From: Raillietiella orientalis | Lineage: Eukaryota | Direction: 5' to 3' | Assembly: GCA_036172245.1 (NCBI GenBank) | Contig: JAYWIR010000073.1 | Span: 186,001-250,000, forward strand | Length of the DNA stretch: 64,000 nucleotides | Part shown: positions 1 to 12,400 of the stretch, piece after piece | Numbering within the stretch: the first letter of the stretch is position 1 | Layout of the letters: each line of letters opens with the position of its first letter | Program-made: the position numbers and the translations under genes | The notes under the pieces: model-generated | Databases searched by the model: none | What the model was told of the DNA's origin: nothing | What the model saw: the letters and a program-made list of their open reading frames with translations, nothing else

Positions 1-862
1 CTGGGCTTCTGCCAAACATGCGAAAAAGAAGGAAAGGAGGAGGAAAAAAGCACAGCAAAGCCACCGCCATCGTTTATCCTTTTTGCCCTTCGAAACGGGC
101 AGCAATGCTCTCTGGGCTCACGTGGGTTCTTGCCGGTAGTCGCACTGCCGAATTAACTCCGCAGCCGCCCTAACTGGGGAAAATCGCACCGAGCAATCAT
201 ATCGAGCTGCCGTTTCCTGCGGAGCCTCGCCTCGCCCTGTGATTCCTCATAAAGAAAAGCAACATACGTGTACTCCTGGGCAGGAACCCACCTCTGATCG
301 AGCGAGTGCACCCCTCGAGCAGCGAAGCCGCCTCCAGAAGCTCGACTGGCGGCGGCGGTCGGTTCCACTTGCTGGTGACGCCTGCTGCGGAGCGGGGGGG
401 AGGGGATGTCGCCCTGGGCTGCTCCGAACTGTGACTGCCGAGCCCACGTTCCACGGACGCAGCGTCGGAAGTGCCCGTCGATGCTGCTGCAACCGCGGCA
501 CGGAGTCGGAAGACTTGGCAGCTTTTCGAAGACGGGAAATCGCAGAAGCAGTCGGATGTCTCCTTTTCTTGGCTGCGAGGGCTGCCTCGGCAACTCGGCA
601 ACTGAAGACCGCGGCAAGTTCTTCCCCCCCGTCCCCTCCCCCCTTCTCCCCCCCGAAAAAGGAAAAGGTGAACGAGAGAGAGAAAGAAACGAAAGCTTCG
701 CATCAGTGTCAAGTTGAGTGCGGCGAGGGAGGAGGGAGGGGCAAACCTCGCCGTGGTCAGCAAATTTATGGCAGCGGATTTCGTAATTTGGCCCGTTAGC
801 AGGATTTCACTCGCTGTTTATTCACCAGAAAGGCTCGCAGCCCGTGAAATAATAAACTTCGC

Positions 863-1890
863 GAACCCAAGTTGATGACGGAATTAATCGTGGCGAGTCG
901 GAATGAGTACCGTACGTCGGAATGCCTTCGCGGCTAAATTTCGCTTTCCTTCTTTTCCTGAGGGACTCGCGAACGCCACAGTGTCGATCGCCCTCCTCCT
1001 CACTGCCCACCCTCCCTGATTCCGCCTTTCTCTCGCGGTCGGGACCGGGATGAACTCTGCGGAGCGATCCGTGGATCTCCTGGACGGGCAACAAATCCTG
1101 AATCTTGCCACCAAATGATACAAGCAGCCTTATGGGCACGCAGAGCTTCCTGGCAGCTGCAAAAACAACTCGAGAGGCCTAATCCCTGCCCCAATAGGCA
1201 AAACACGGAAAGTGGGGAAGCATCACTTGGAAAAGAAAGCAGGCACTGGTGAACGCCCACCAACACGAACTAGTGCCAAGGAGTAAAGAAATTTGGGAAG
1301 ACCAACTAGCCATGGTCATCCCATACTTCCTGTGCATCCCTCGGGAAACCAAGCAGTGGATATTCCAGAGGCCAAGGATGACCATGCGACCGGCGACCTC
1401 CAGAAGATGCGACGGTTTTGGGAAGATGGTTGGAAGATTAACCCACAAGTATCGAGAGCTCTGGACAGATCAGGAATCCAGCTGCTGGCGCCTGATCACC
1501 AGAGCAAGCATCCGAGAAGCTGTGACGGAGAATCCGGACGAGGACGACTCTCTGCCTGCAGCCGTCAGCCGCTACGGATGCCGCCAGGAGAACCCGTTGG
1601 CGGATGGAACCACGGTCAGGACGAGCGACTAACCACCCGACACTCAGCATGACCTCCTGATGTTTTATTGCGGAAGGATCCTGGGCGGCGCGAGGACAGA
1701 GCACGGGTCAGGTACCGCCGAGATGCCTTCGTGGCTGAACTTCGCTGTTCTTCTTTTCCACACTGCTCACCCTCACAGCGACCCTTTCTTGGCTGCCACG
1801 GACCGCAGGCCCCCTGTTTCTCCCGTTCAGGAGGGAATCATGAACCCAAGTTGATGATGGAATTGATAATGGTCCAGGAAGAGTCTGAAA
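863..1890. repeat. Segment with an internal direct repeat and a partial paralogous copy at 4359-4600
   Basis: GAACCCAAGTTGATGA occurs at 863 and 1842. TTCCTTCTTTTCCTGAGGGACT occurs at 946 and 4359. A near-identical GGACCGCAG..CCCCTGTTTCTCC motif occurs at 1800 and 4513. Confidence 0.75.
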
Positions 1891-3697
1891 AGCTTCTCCT
1901 TGGAATCGATGCTTTTCGGTGGTGCATAACGAGACTTTTACTCTTCACCGAGCGCTGCCCCCGTTCAAAACTGCATCGCGCGCATTCTTCGCTGAGACTT
2001 CTTGGGGCAAAAAAAGCAGATAACGGGGCAATCGCGGCCAGCATGATTCCGGCAGACGCAGCGCACCCTTCGAACGAGAGCCCCGCTTTCTGTGGACGGT
2101 GCGGTTTGGCACCGAGCATATGATGGACCACATCACGTGCCGCCAACAAGCATCCTGTTCCGGCGGAGCCACGAAACAAGGGGTGGCAGGGTTTCCCGAC
2201 GGATCTACACAAAATGCCCACTGGATACTTCCGACTCATCCGTAGTCCATCAGTTATTTACCTGTCTGTGCGTGATTGAACAAACTGTAAGCAAAGTGTC
2301 CGACGCAATTAGCGAAACACTTCCAAAGTAAGGCCGGGCATGCTCTTGTGTTTGCAGCGATGCTGGAACACAGCAAATCTCTTCGACCCCCCCCCCCCCC
2401 CCCCTCAACCCCAAAGGTCCTCAGAGTATTCGGCATGCGACATGGCTCCACCGTCTGTTCCCCAGGAAGGTACGGCATGCTCACCGTATGCAAAGATGCA
2501 GCGCCATTTTTTCCCTTATTAAGTGCGAGGATCTCGGCGCGCGGGGGGTGTTCTCGCGTCACCTTTAGAGCCAGCAGTGCAATGATGCAAGCTCGTTTTC
2601 AAATCATGGTTTTATGAATGATCAAAATATCTCACATCACGCGCCATTTATGTCGTGACTTGGATGGTTTGTTTTGAAAAAAAAAAAAAAAAATTGCTGG
2701 ACAGCCGCGTAACAGATGAGCAGCACAAGAGAGCAGAGAGCAGCCCTTCTGCTGAGGGGAGGCGGCATGTTGCGGCAAGATTTCGTAGCCAACGCCAGGT
2801 TCAACAGCTGACCGAGGGTCCTGAGTCGCAGCAGAAGTCTAGGAGGCTTTGTAGCGCATCCATTGCGCCACAGAGCAGCGCCATGGACGCAAGGCTTGTC
2901 CCTCCGGCATCCATCGCCGACTTTCGTCACGGTGGGACCCCTAAGAAGCATCCTGTGAGGAACGTGCAGCCTCATTCAGATGGCTTCGACCTCTGTCGAC
3001 GTTTAAACAGCGAACGCAATCTCTGATTTGAGGAATGGCTTGGGGGATTCTGACGCACCTGACTGTTTTACTGACCGCGTGCAGGGGGGAGTCAGCCAGG
3101 ATGCGGAAATGGCAAGGAGACACGTGAGGGAACTCCGTGGGCTCGACGGCGGCACTTTTCGAACGACTTGAGATTTCTAGCACCATCGGCGCAGGCAAAG
3201 GACGAAAAAGAGGCCGTAAACCAAAAATTGCAGCGCCATAACACCCGTGATTACGCTGCTGCCTGTCGGCACTGAAGCTGCCACGCTGGAACGGGGCTCT
3301 CGGCATCGCGTGGACGCCGAGCAGTGGTTTCCAAGGATGGCAGTCGCTTCCGCATGCACCTGACCGTCGTTTGGGTAACTTCGCACGCTGAAGGCCCGGG
3401 CCGGACGCAAAAGCCACCGCCGCGTCCGCTGTTGCTTGGACCCTGCCGAAGTCGCAAAGCACCGAAGAACCGACGCTTCCTCGCTGAGTGCCTGGAACCA
3501 GTTTCGTCTTCTCCCTGGGCATCTTCCGCTTGCCACAACGAGTGAATCGACCTGTGGGCCTCTCTTTCAACATTTGGGAATTCCCGTTAGCGTGAGCGCC
3601 GGCGAAAAACTCACAAGTAATTATGAATCTGCGGCGAGTGGAAGAAGAAGAAAGTCATTAATTAAGCTTCAGAAGTAGTAAAAAGATGAAGGACGAG

Positions 3698-3707
3698 TGA
3701 TTTATGG
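3698..3707 (+). promoter_or_regulatory. Candidate Exd/Pbx-Hox composite site TGATTTATGG
   Basis: Exact motif within an AT-richer patch that also contains TAATTA and ATTAATTAA (3618-3665). Function is inferred. Confidence 0.35.
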
Positions 3708-4358
3708 CCTCCGGAAATTCTTCAGCATTCGGGTGAAGAAAGGAGATGGCAATAAATTTCGCGGACCGATGGTTTTTCTCCGGGAAGCAGGCGACCCGCT
3801 AAACGCTGCGTTGCCTCGGAGCGTCCGAGCCCTGCAATCCAACTGGCGAAACTTCCGAGCAGTTGGAAAGTCCCCCCCCCCTCCCCTCTGCGAAGAGATG
3901 AAGACATCGCAAAGCTTGGAATGGGTGTGCAGCCTCAAAGAAAAAAAAAAACTCCAAGAACGCTCTCTCTCCCCCCCCCCCCTTTCCCCTGCACCGGAAT
4001 GCAATCACACGAACCGCCAGCATCGATTTGTGGTCGCAGCGGCCAGTGGAGATCGGAGCGGAGCCTGACCGAAGGAGGCGGGCATCTCAGCCCATTTTCC
4101 GCAGGGAAAAGTGGGAGAGGTAGCTGGAAATGCAGCTCTACAGGGAGCCCGATCAAGAATGAGGGCTGCTGGTAACAAAACAGAGATGAGGGATGTTGTC
4201 CGGCTGCAGAAGGCAGAGAGAAGCCACGTCTCGAAGTCATCTGTGAGGCTCGGGCAGCTGCCTCCCCTGCTTGCAGGCAGAGGTGACGTCTGAAAAAGAC
4301 CTGGCGTTTGCCTAGTGCGCTTGTTCCTCCTCCTGCTGTGACCACTTCCCCTTCCGCG

Positions 4359-4600
4359 TTCCTTCTTTTCCTGAGGGACTTGCAAACGCCATTATGTCGA
4401 CCGCCCTCCTCTCCACGGTTCACCTTCCCCAGCTGACCACTGCCCCTCGCAGCGATTTGACCCTTTCATGGCTGCCTCCTTGGACGCCGACTCGTCCAGC
4501 GTCCTACGAAATGGACCGCAGTCCCCTGTTTCTCCTGCTCAGGAAGAAATCATAGGACGCAGACGCTCCTGAATGGTTTCAGGAGAACATCCGAAAAAAC
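4359..4600. repeat. Diverged copy of 946-1010 joined to ~1760-1890
   Basis: Carries the same two anchor motifs, ~155 bp apart here versus ~855 bp apart in the first copy. Confidence 0.7.
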
Positions 4601-5369
4601 CGAGCTGCCGAGCATGCTGCTGCCGCTCGAGAGCGGCACTGGGAAGACTGGGCTTCGGAAAAAGGAGATCCTTCTCTATGGACCGTGGAGTGCGTCTAGA
4701 GAGCCAAGGTGCGCTGCTTCTCTTTCTCGCTGCGCTGGGGTCTCCGTCCTTCCATCTCCCTGCAGATCGCGCACGGAGGAAACGTCACTTCCCGCTCAGA
4801 TGGGCGGGGAGGGACTGCGGAAAACGTGGGCTCTGACCTCCAGCTTCCCAATCCAGTGACTCCGCTGTTTCAGAACTGAACGATGGAAGCCTCCTCTCCT
4901 GCAGGAGGCGAAGCATCCCCTCCGTGGTTACTTGGCCGTGAAGAGGGCTGAACGTCCGTGTGGTACGATGACCCTCATCGGTCGGCTGGTCACGGATAAG
5001 GATCCCTGATCCGTGACCAGCAGGCATTCCCTCTAGATGGCGGGGGTGAGGTGTCCCAACACGGGAGAAAAGAAAGAATTTCCCTCTTGAGAAGGTTAGG
5101 GTGCCGATGCGTCCAGGCCGACAGTTGGGTGACGGGAATGCGTGTTTTTTTTTTTTTTTTTTTCATCTTCCCTTCATTTTCCTTCGCGGGAAGAGGGAGG
5201 ACGTGACATCCCTGGAGAAGGTCCCTGCGCCCCTTCCGTAGTAACTGAGCGCAGGGTAGAGCGCCATCTACGTCCGCTCTTCCGAGCGCGGCGCTCTCCG
5301 GCGGCCCCGAGCTCCCGCTCTCGTAGTTCGGGTTTGTCCGCTTAGATGCCGCGGCCATCGCCAGGAGGT

Positions 5370-6350
5370 TGCGCTCAACTCGAGCAGAGATCCAGGAGGA
5401 CTATTTCCTCCTCCAAAGCTGTCCCTCGACCCTTGTCTTCCCTCGTCGCTGTCTCGCCGTCCAAAGGAGTGCACAGAAACCTGCAGCTATACCTTACAGG
5501 CAGAAGGGTCCTGGATGCCTCCCTCCCGCGGCTTCAGGCCGCGTCCGAGAAGGCGGCCGCCGGCGCCGAGTGCCCGCGACGACCTCGGCTGGCGCCTCTC
5601 CGAAACGCGGCTCCAGCTGGCGGAGCTGGCGAGCCGCTGGGACGTCTCCCTAAGCAACGAGACCCGCGGGCCGCCGCCGAGCTGGCGCGCCTCGAACAGT
5701 CACGAAGAGCCTGCTGGAGAAGCAGCAGGAGCTGCTTCTCCACGAGCAGGAGCTCAACCACCGCGTGGAGTTGCTGTCCGTCGGTGCCAGGGTGCTCGAG
5801 ATCCAGCTGGAGGAGGTCCAGGCCGGAACGGGCAACAACGCCAAGAGCATCGGCTCGCTGAGGGTGGCCCTAGAGCAGGCTGACGTCGCGCGTCGACGAA
5901 GTCGGCGGCCTCTCGCTGTCTTGGGACACTGAGCTCTCCCAGATCTCCCGTGTGCATCTGGGAACCTCATCCCGTGTCTTCCCTATTCGCTCCTGTAGAT
6001 CGAAACAGGAAAGGGGTCGGAGCCCGACTGCGTGAGCTGCGCCGTTTTGCCACCTCTTCAGGGGAGGAAGGAAGGAGTGGAACGGAAGGAGCTCCTTCTG
6101 GAAATCACGGAGGTGCAGCGGGAATGTCCGGGGGAAGCGGGTCATTCTGCTGCTCAGGGACGGGCACAGGGAGGTCACGAACTCGGCCTATTCTCTGAGT
6201 TTCTCGGAGGGACGGGCCCCAGCGCGCTTGGCTCCCGAGTTCGAGGTCGTCGTCCTCCAGGAGCGATTTCTCGTCCCAGCAACGCCGACGAGCCGCGCCA
6301 TCCTGCGCCTGCTTGATGGCGGCGGACGACCCCTGGAACACCGGCGCGCG
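5370..6350 (+). pseudogene. Frameshifted remnant of a coiled-coil protein gene (possibly TRIM/BBC-like)
   Basis: Heptad-like peptide blocks continue across frame switches: ARDDLGWRLSETRLQLAELASRWD / QRDPRAAAELARLEQ / VTKSLLEKQQELLLHEQELNHRVELLSVGARVLEIQLEEVQ..IGSLRVALEQAD / VDEVGGLSLSWDTELSQISRVHLG. Codons are rich in CTG, GAG and CAG, as in the intact genes of this window. Confidence 0.55.
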
Positions 6351-7021
6351 CGTGCAAGGAGCGGTTGGGGCCTTCCTGCCGTTCCTGGGATGGGAGCAGG
6401 GCTGAGCCAACCCACTGCGCTCCGAGGGACCAGGAGGAACGATCCGGCTCAAGCCTGGAGGGGCTCCGCTCTGAGCTCCGGCCGACAGCTGTAGTCCAGG
6501 GAGTTCGATGCTGACGCAGGGAAAATTCTCAGTGCATCGCCAGCGCTCGGCGCAGAGGGCGGCGGCGGCTCCACGCCTTTTCCGGGAATGCGGAAGCGGC
6601 CGCCTCTCTCATCGATCCCCAGCGCCTGGGGCCGATCTCTCTCCGGCATGGTGCAGGCTGAGGGCGGGGGGGGGAGGCATGTAGTCCACGGCAGTCGCCA
6701 TCCTCTCCCATGCGCATCCTCTTTCCCGGGGAGTAGGGCAGATCCCCATCTTCCGGCGGAGAGAGATCCTCCGCGCCTGCGCTGCTGACCACATCCCAGG
6801 GAGAAGCAGTGGCGGCAGCTGCGAAGCGCCTCCAAGGCGCGGTTCCCCCTTCCGCTCCTCACCCGTCCCCGCCCTGCCTGCAGTCCCTGTGCGAGGAGGA
6901 GGCCCGCCTTCAGGCATTCGCGGAGGAAAGTCGAGGCGACCAGTGTCTGGGGAAGCCTGGGAAAAGACTAAGAAAGGGGAAGAGGAGGAACAGAGAAGGA
7001 GATGGGAGAAGAAGGGAGGAG

Positions 7022-7760
7022 AAAAGGAGGAAACTCATCAGTGAAGGAAGGTCGAGGCGATTGGCGTCCGGGGAAGCCTGGGGAAGAACCAGCGCCTTTC
7101 GGCGCTACAAAGCGGGCCAAGCGGGGGCTATCCGAATTGTCCGGAGCCCTGGATAGGGGGGGTGTCCCTGTCGATCCCAGGCTGACTACCGCCTGGACCC
7201 TCACGCGCGTCCGGAAAGGCTCCGTAGCCCCGCAGCCGAGATGCAGAGGGATTTCCGCAGGAAGGGGCGCGCACGTCCGGAAGGACATCGCTAAATGGAG
7301 TTTCCGGGAAATCCGGGGAAAACGAAAGTTACCGGGCGACCACGAGGGAGGAGGTCCGGCGCTATCGCGCGGTTTCCAGGAGAGAAGGACATGGGCCACT
7401 CTCCCTCTTTCTTTGGCGACGGGGAAGGACGCAGCTTTGCAAGGCCGGAAGCGGTTTCAGATCTCCACGCGGATCTTCGCCCGGCTCCGTTGGGGAAAGG
7501 TCTCGTGCGGTGGGGGCGCATCAAGAAGCTCTTCCGTATCCCCACAGATCTCCTCAAGAGCACTAGCGGTGGCCAGGGAATCACACGCGAGTCCAGGGTT
7601 GGTCAGCCTGGGATCGGCAGGGACTCCTCCCCTAGCCAGGGCGCCGGACAGTTCAGGGAGCCCCCGCTTGGTGGTGCCGCGAGACGCTGGTTTTTCCCCA
7701 GGCTTCCCCGGACGCCAATCGCCTCGACCTTCTTTCGCAGATGCCTTTCCTCCCTTCCTC
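7022..7760. mobile_element. GC-rich foldback/MITE-like element with ~180-bp inverted arms
   Basis: GAAGGTCGAGGCGATTGGCGTCCGGGGAAGCCTGGGGAA (~7047-7085) is reverse-complemented at ~7695-7732. Pairing extends inward (GATCCCAGGCTGAC ~7173 vs GTCAGCCTGGGATC ~7602). No coding capacity recognised. Confidence 0.75.
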
Positions 7761-8552
7761 TCCTCTTCCTCCTCACTTCCTCTTCCATACCCTTCTCCCT
7801 TCCTCCTTTTCCCTTCCTCCTCCTTTACCTCGTTGGTTTTTGTCGATCATCTGCATCCCAGCTTTGCCTCCCGCGTGTGGGCACCAACAGAAACGAAAGC
7901 GCACACCGCGGAGATGCTCTCGCGGCGGCAGGAGAAACTTCTGTCTTCCGGCAGTTCTCCGGACGCGCCGAATCCGCGGCGATAACGAACGAGCGCGAGG
8001 ATCGCCGGTCACTCGTGGGAGAGGCGAAAGATACCCAGAGGGGAGAGGGGGAGGAAGCGGACGTCATGCCTCGGCCTCGGCACGGAACTTTCGCAACGCC
8101 GCCGAACAGATGCGACCGCAGTAAGCGGCCGGAACGCGGAAACGCGCTTTTATTCGCTCTTCCCGCAGGATGTCCTCAATCCGGGAGCGGTGCGCAGTAG
8201 CGCAGCTTCCAGGACGAGCGAGGACCCCTCCCGCGGGGGCCGCACCTGCTTCGCTGCTCTTCCCTTCGAGTGTGGTTCGCCCTCCGCTGACCCCGTTTGC
8301 CGCTTCCCGAAATTCGGAGACCCGGCTCACCGCCCGCGGAACCGTCTGGTGGAGGAGAAGTGCTCACCGATGCACCACCGACGGCCGTCGGCGCCACCGC
8401 CGTGCTCCCGGAAACGGCTCGCAATTACGGCGTTGCTCGTTCTGATGCCATCAAACGGTGTCACCAAAGCGTACGGCTGGGCGGCCCGGCCGTAATGACA
8501 AAAAATTCCTGTTTGGTACACACACACGCTGGTCCGCCCGGGAAACCCGTGC

Positions 8553-8562
8553 TGATTTATGG
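8553..8562 (+). promoter_or_regulatory. Candidate Exd/Pbx-Hox site flanked by Hth/Meis-like TGACA cores
   Basis: TGATTTATGG at 8553, TGACA at 8496, TGTCA at 8459 and 8605. Confidence 0.35.
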
Positions 8563-11500
8563 CGAAATGTTACTAAAGCACTCGAGTGGAACGCATTCTG
8601 CTGGTGTCATGTCCGTCGGGGGAGGGGGGGAAAGGGGGAGGGGGAAGTAAAAAACACATTCTTCTGAATGCTGATAAAACGTTTTAGTCGGGGAAGCCGC
8701 TCGGCGTAATTGCCGTGATCCTTTTTGGGCGGATAAAAAATCCACCGAGGAACTCGTGGGGGGAGGGAAGCCCCTTCCCCCGAGTCTCCGAACCCGGTGC
8801 GGCAGGTGCGAGCCCATCCCAGTTTCCAGAAAGCAAGGTGCTCGCGGGCAGAAGAAATTTTGCAACTTCTGGGCTCTTTCGCAACGAGCGTCGCGACGCT
8901 CTTTCGCAGAGGGAGCTCTGCTTCAGCCGGCGTACTTGACACAGTGACCTCGTAGTCCGAAGAAGAAGAAGAAGAAGAAAGAAAGAAAGAAAGAAGAAGA
9001 AAAAAGAACCAAATGATTTGGGATGTAGCAAGACCTTCGACCCGTTTCGCGGCCAGCGTCGCGGCGGCGGAGGTGAGCACCACCCCTAAACGTCCATCCT
9101 GCGAGGCAGACCGCTGCGCTGAATGAAGAAGCCCTCTGCCTGGTTGTCACCATCGCGCGTGACGCATCGCCGTCACGGTCGACTCTTCACCTCCAGTCAG
9201 CACGTGCTCAGTGATCTTCCAGCTACCTCCGACGAGTGGTCATGACGGAAGTGCGCTCAAGGCACCTCAGGACGCAAGAACGTGCCGCGGCAACCACTTG
9301 TGTCCTCCGATGAGCCGCGCTGGAAGCCCCTCTTCCTGCTGCTCCCGACCCCAGCCTTCGGTAACTGTGAGATTTCCATGCTTTCCGCCCGCCGGTCTTC
9401 GGATCACTTTGCCCTGACCCCGTGTTTCGCCCGCAGTGCCTTTCTGACCCGCGGTGCACGGGTACTCGGGGATTCCTCTTTTTTTTTTTTTTTTTACCGG
9501 GATTGTTTGCGCGTGCGCCGGTGATTCGCCTACTCACGAGTAGGTCCAACCGTGCAATGCAGCTGCTTTTGAAGCATCTGAAAGTTTTCCAGCGCTGTTT
9601 TTCCTTTTTCCTTTTCTGATGGGGATGGGAGGGGGGTATGTTTGTTTGTCTGGAAAGTCTCCAGCAGCATGGCTGGCTGGCCATTCGTGTGTCCCCCCGT
9701 CGCGGCTTCGCACTTTCCTGTTTCACCCTTTGGTGGTTCTCCGTACACTCAACACATGCGACAACGAGTGTTTGCATTGGATCGATCCATTCGTTCGTAA
9801 CTTTCGATTCATTCATCGCAGCTTTTGGGTCTCCCTGTCGACTGCGGGTTGTGCTTTTCTTTTCTCTCTCTCTCTCTCTTTGCCTTTTTTGTGTGTGTGG
9901 CTGCGGTTTCATTCATGTCAGCTCGTAGCGAGTGTTCACTCGCCGCCGCTAACTTTTGTTTTTTTTGTTTTTTTTTTTTTTGCCCATTTCTGTTTTTTTG
10001 CTCCATCTCGGATTTTTGTTTTTTTTGTTCCGTTTCCTGTTTGCGCGCTTGGCGGCGGGAAAGGGCGCGGTGCAGTCTGGCGGCGGTGCGGCGAAGCTGC
10101 TCCGCAGGGCGGTGGCGGCCCGTGGGTCTCGTTGCCCGGGTAACGGCTCGCTCGTGGTGAAGCTCCTCCTGCTCTTCGGTGCTTCGCGGCCCGTCGCGGA
10201 GCTGGAGGAACTGCACTGCGCCTTTCTTCAGTGGTGGGCACCTGCCCTTTCGGGACTTCGTACGGACTTGGTGGGCAGCACCCCTTTGCCATCCCTTCCG
10301 CGTTCGGGCTTCGATGGTAGTCGAGTTTTCGACCCTCTTCATCGCCCCGGGGCGAAGGCGAAAGGGTGGTTGTCGCTTCTATCGCAACTTCTGATCAATC
10401 TGCTTCTCGTGCGCGCGCGCAGACGTGCGCAAGGGAGCTCTGGGGGTTTCCCTGCCCGATTGACGGTGGGCGGATCCCCCACAGGGAACTCGTTTCGAGC
10501 TGCGCGTGCTGGAACGGACGCGCGTTGAAGCCCTCGGAAGAGTCTCAGCAGCAGCAGCTCTTTCCTGGGACGATTCGAGCTGCAGCCATTTTCCGGTTCG
10601 TGCAGGTGGATTTCGCACGGGGAGCGACTGGCATCCCCGTTTTTTTCACTTTCACCGCGAGATTTCGGGCTTCGATCGGTCCCCTTCGGCGCCCCGTTTT
10701 ACTTTTGCCCGGGCGTGGCTCTCGTGCTGAAGAACGGGGCAGGTGGGCAGCTGATTCCAGGTGGGCAAGACAAAGACGTTCGTGGTCTCGCGTGCCGTCC
10801 ACCAGTGGAAGGGATGCGCCGTTGCTCCGAGAGGGCATCAGTCGAATGGACATCAAACTCGGCGCCCCTCTTTATGGTCGGGGCGTGCCACGTGTGCTGG
10901 CGAATAATTTTCGGGGATTACGAGAGCGGGCGGGACGCCCTTCCAGCAGGTGCTCACGAAGGGAGAGCAGAAGAGCTCTTTTTCGGGTGCCTGAGATCAG
11001 GCGTTTGGCGGCGGCCGGTCCCGCAGCTTCGGAAGGCGCGCGTTGGCCACACCTGGGGGCGCGTAGCAGCAGCGGCAGACCGGCTTGGGGGCCGAGTGCA
11101 AGCGAAGAAGTCCCGCCTCCCGGGTGCGTCTGGAGGGGGCACGCGTGTGCTCCGGGATAGCCGAGAATCCGCTTGCCAGCCCTCTCGTCCCCTCGTGCCT
11201 TCGAAGCCACCGGGACGGCGGCTTTTCTAACGTCAAGTCCGAAAGGGAAAAATCACCCCTCCCCTCCCCCCTCCCCGGATTTCTTTGTCCGGCGCCTGGT
11301 TTCGTTCTTCGCGCAAAGTTTCACGGGAACCAAGGCGTTGGTAGAATGGAACGCTAGAAGGCGCGCGCGCATGCGAATTTTCGCAACGACCCGTTTGCTC
11401 TCCCCCCCCTTCCTTCCGCGAGCCGACTTCGTTAATAACAGAAGTGACCCCGGCTCGCTACGTGCTATCGTGATCGTCGGATAACTGAACTCGCGTCTCC

Positions 11501-11899
11501 GATGGCGATTTCTTTTCGCCTCCTCCAAAGTCGCTTCCTTCTCCCCCCCCGCTCTCCCCATCCCCTAGAGAGAGAGAGAGACCTCTGCACGCGATTCCGG
11601 CGGCCGTCCGGGTGACGTCAGAGCGAGGAGGACGTGTCCGCTCCAGGTAACGGACCTCCGGCCTGATGGCTGAGGGTTTCGGTGAGGGGCCTCGCAAAGG
11701 ACTGACCGCAGGAGCGGTCGGCGCGCACGGAGCCTCTGGAAGACCGCAGCTGTGGACGGCTCTCTTCACCGTCCTGCAGAGGCGCCTTGCGGCGCTGGCA
11801 GGAGGCCGCCCTTCGCCTTCTCGCGGAGTCGGAGCGAAAGCAAAGGGCCGGTCGGCCTCCTCCTCCTCGGTCGACCTTTCGTCTTCCAGTTCGGAAGTA

Positions 11900-12400
11900 C
11901 CCCGGGGGGATCGCCCTATGAATCCAGGAAGGGCTCCGGAGGAAGGAGACTGCCCGTTCCTCCCTTGCTCTTGGGTGGGGTCCCCGAAGAAAACAGCCTC
12001 GTCCTTGTTCCCTCCGGAGGGACACCCCGGAAAGGATCCGCTCCCCATTTCCTTCCCCTGAAGAGAACCCCAAAGGACGCTTCTCGGTTTTCCCTGGAGG
12101 GCGCTTCTCGGAGGGAGCGGTGCGCTTCCTGGACACTCTGGAGAGGGGCCATCGATCCTCCAGCTCCATGGTACACGATGGATGGGGTTCCCCCGAGGGC
12201 AGGGGCGACTGCATTCTCACAACTGGAGGGAACTCCGAAGAACTCCTGGATTCCTGGAAGCACTCCGAGTCCCGGCCACTCATCGGGGACACCCGGAGGG
12301 ATTTGGATCCCACCGGTGCCGCCGCACCCGAGTGCACCAAACAGCGTCATCCCATGGGGAGGGGACTCAGACCGCCACGACTCAGCCTTCGGTTCTCGAA
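11900..12400 (-). mobile_element. SINE-like family copy (head missing or degraded)
   Basis: CCCTATGAATCCAGGAAGGGCTCC at 11914 is identical to 15211 and 32617. The body (GATCCGCTCC..TGAAGAGAA.CCCAAAGGACGCTT) aligns with 15375-15480 and 34830-34940. Confidence 0.75.
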
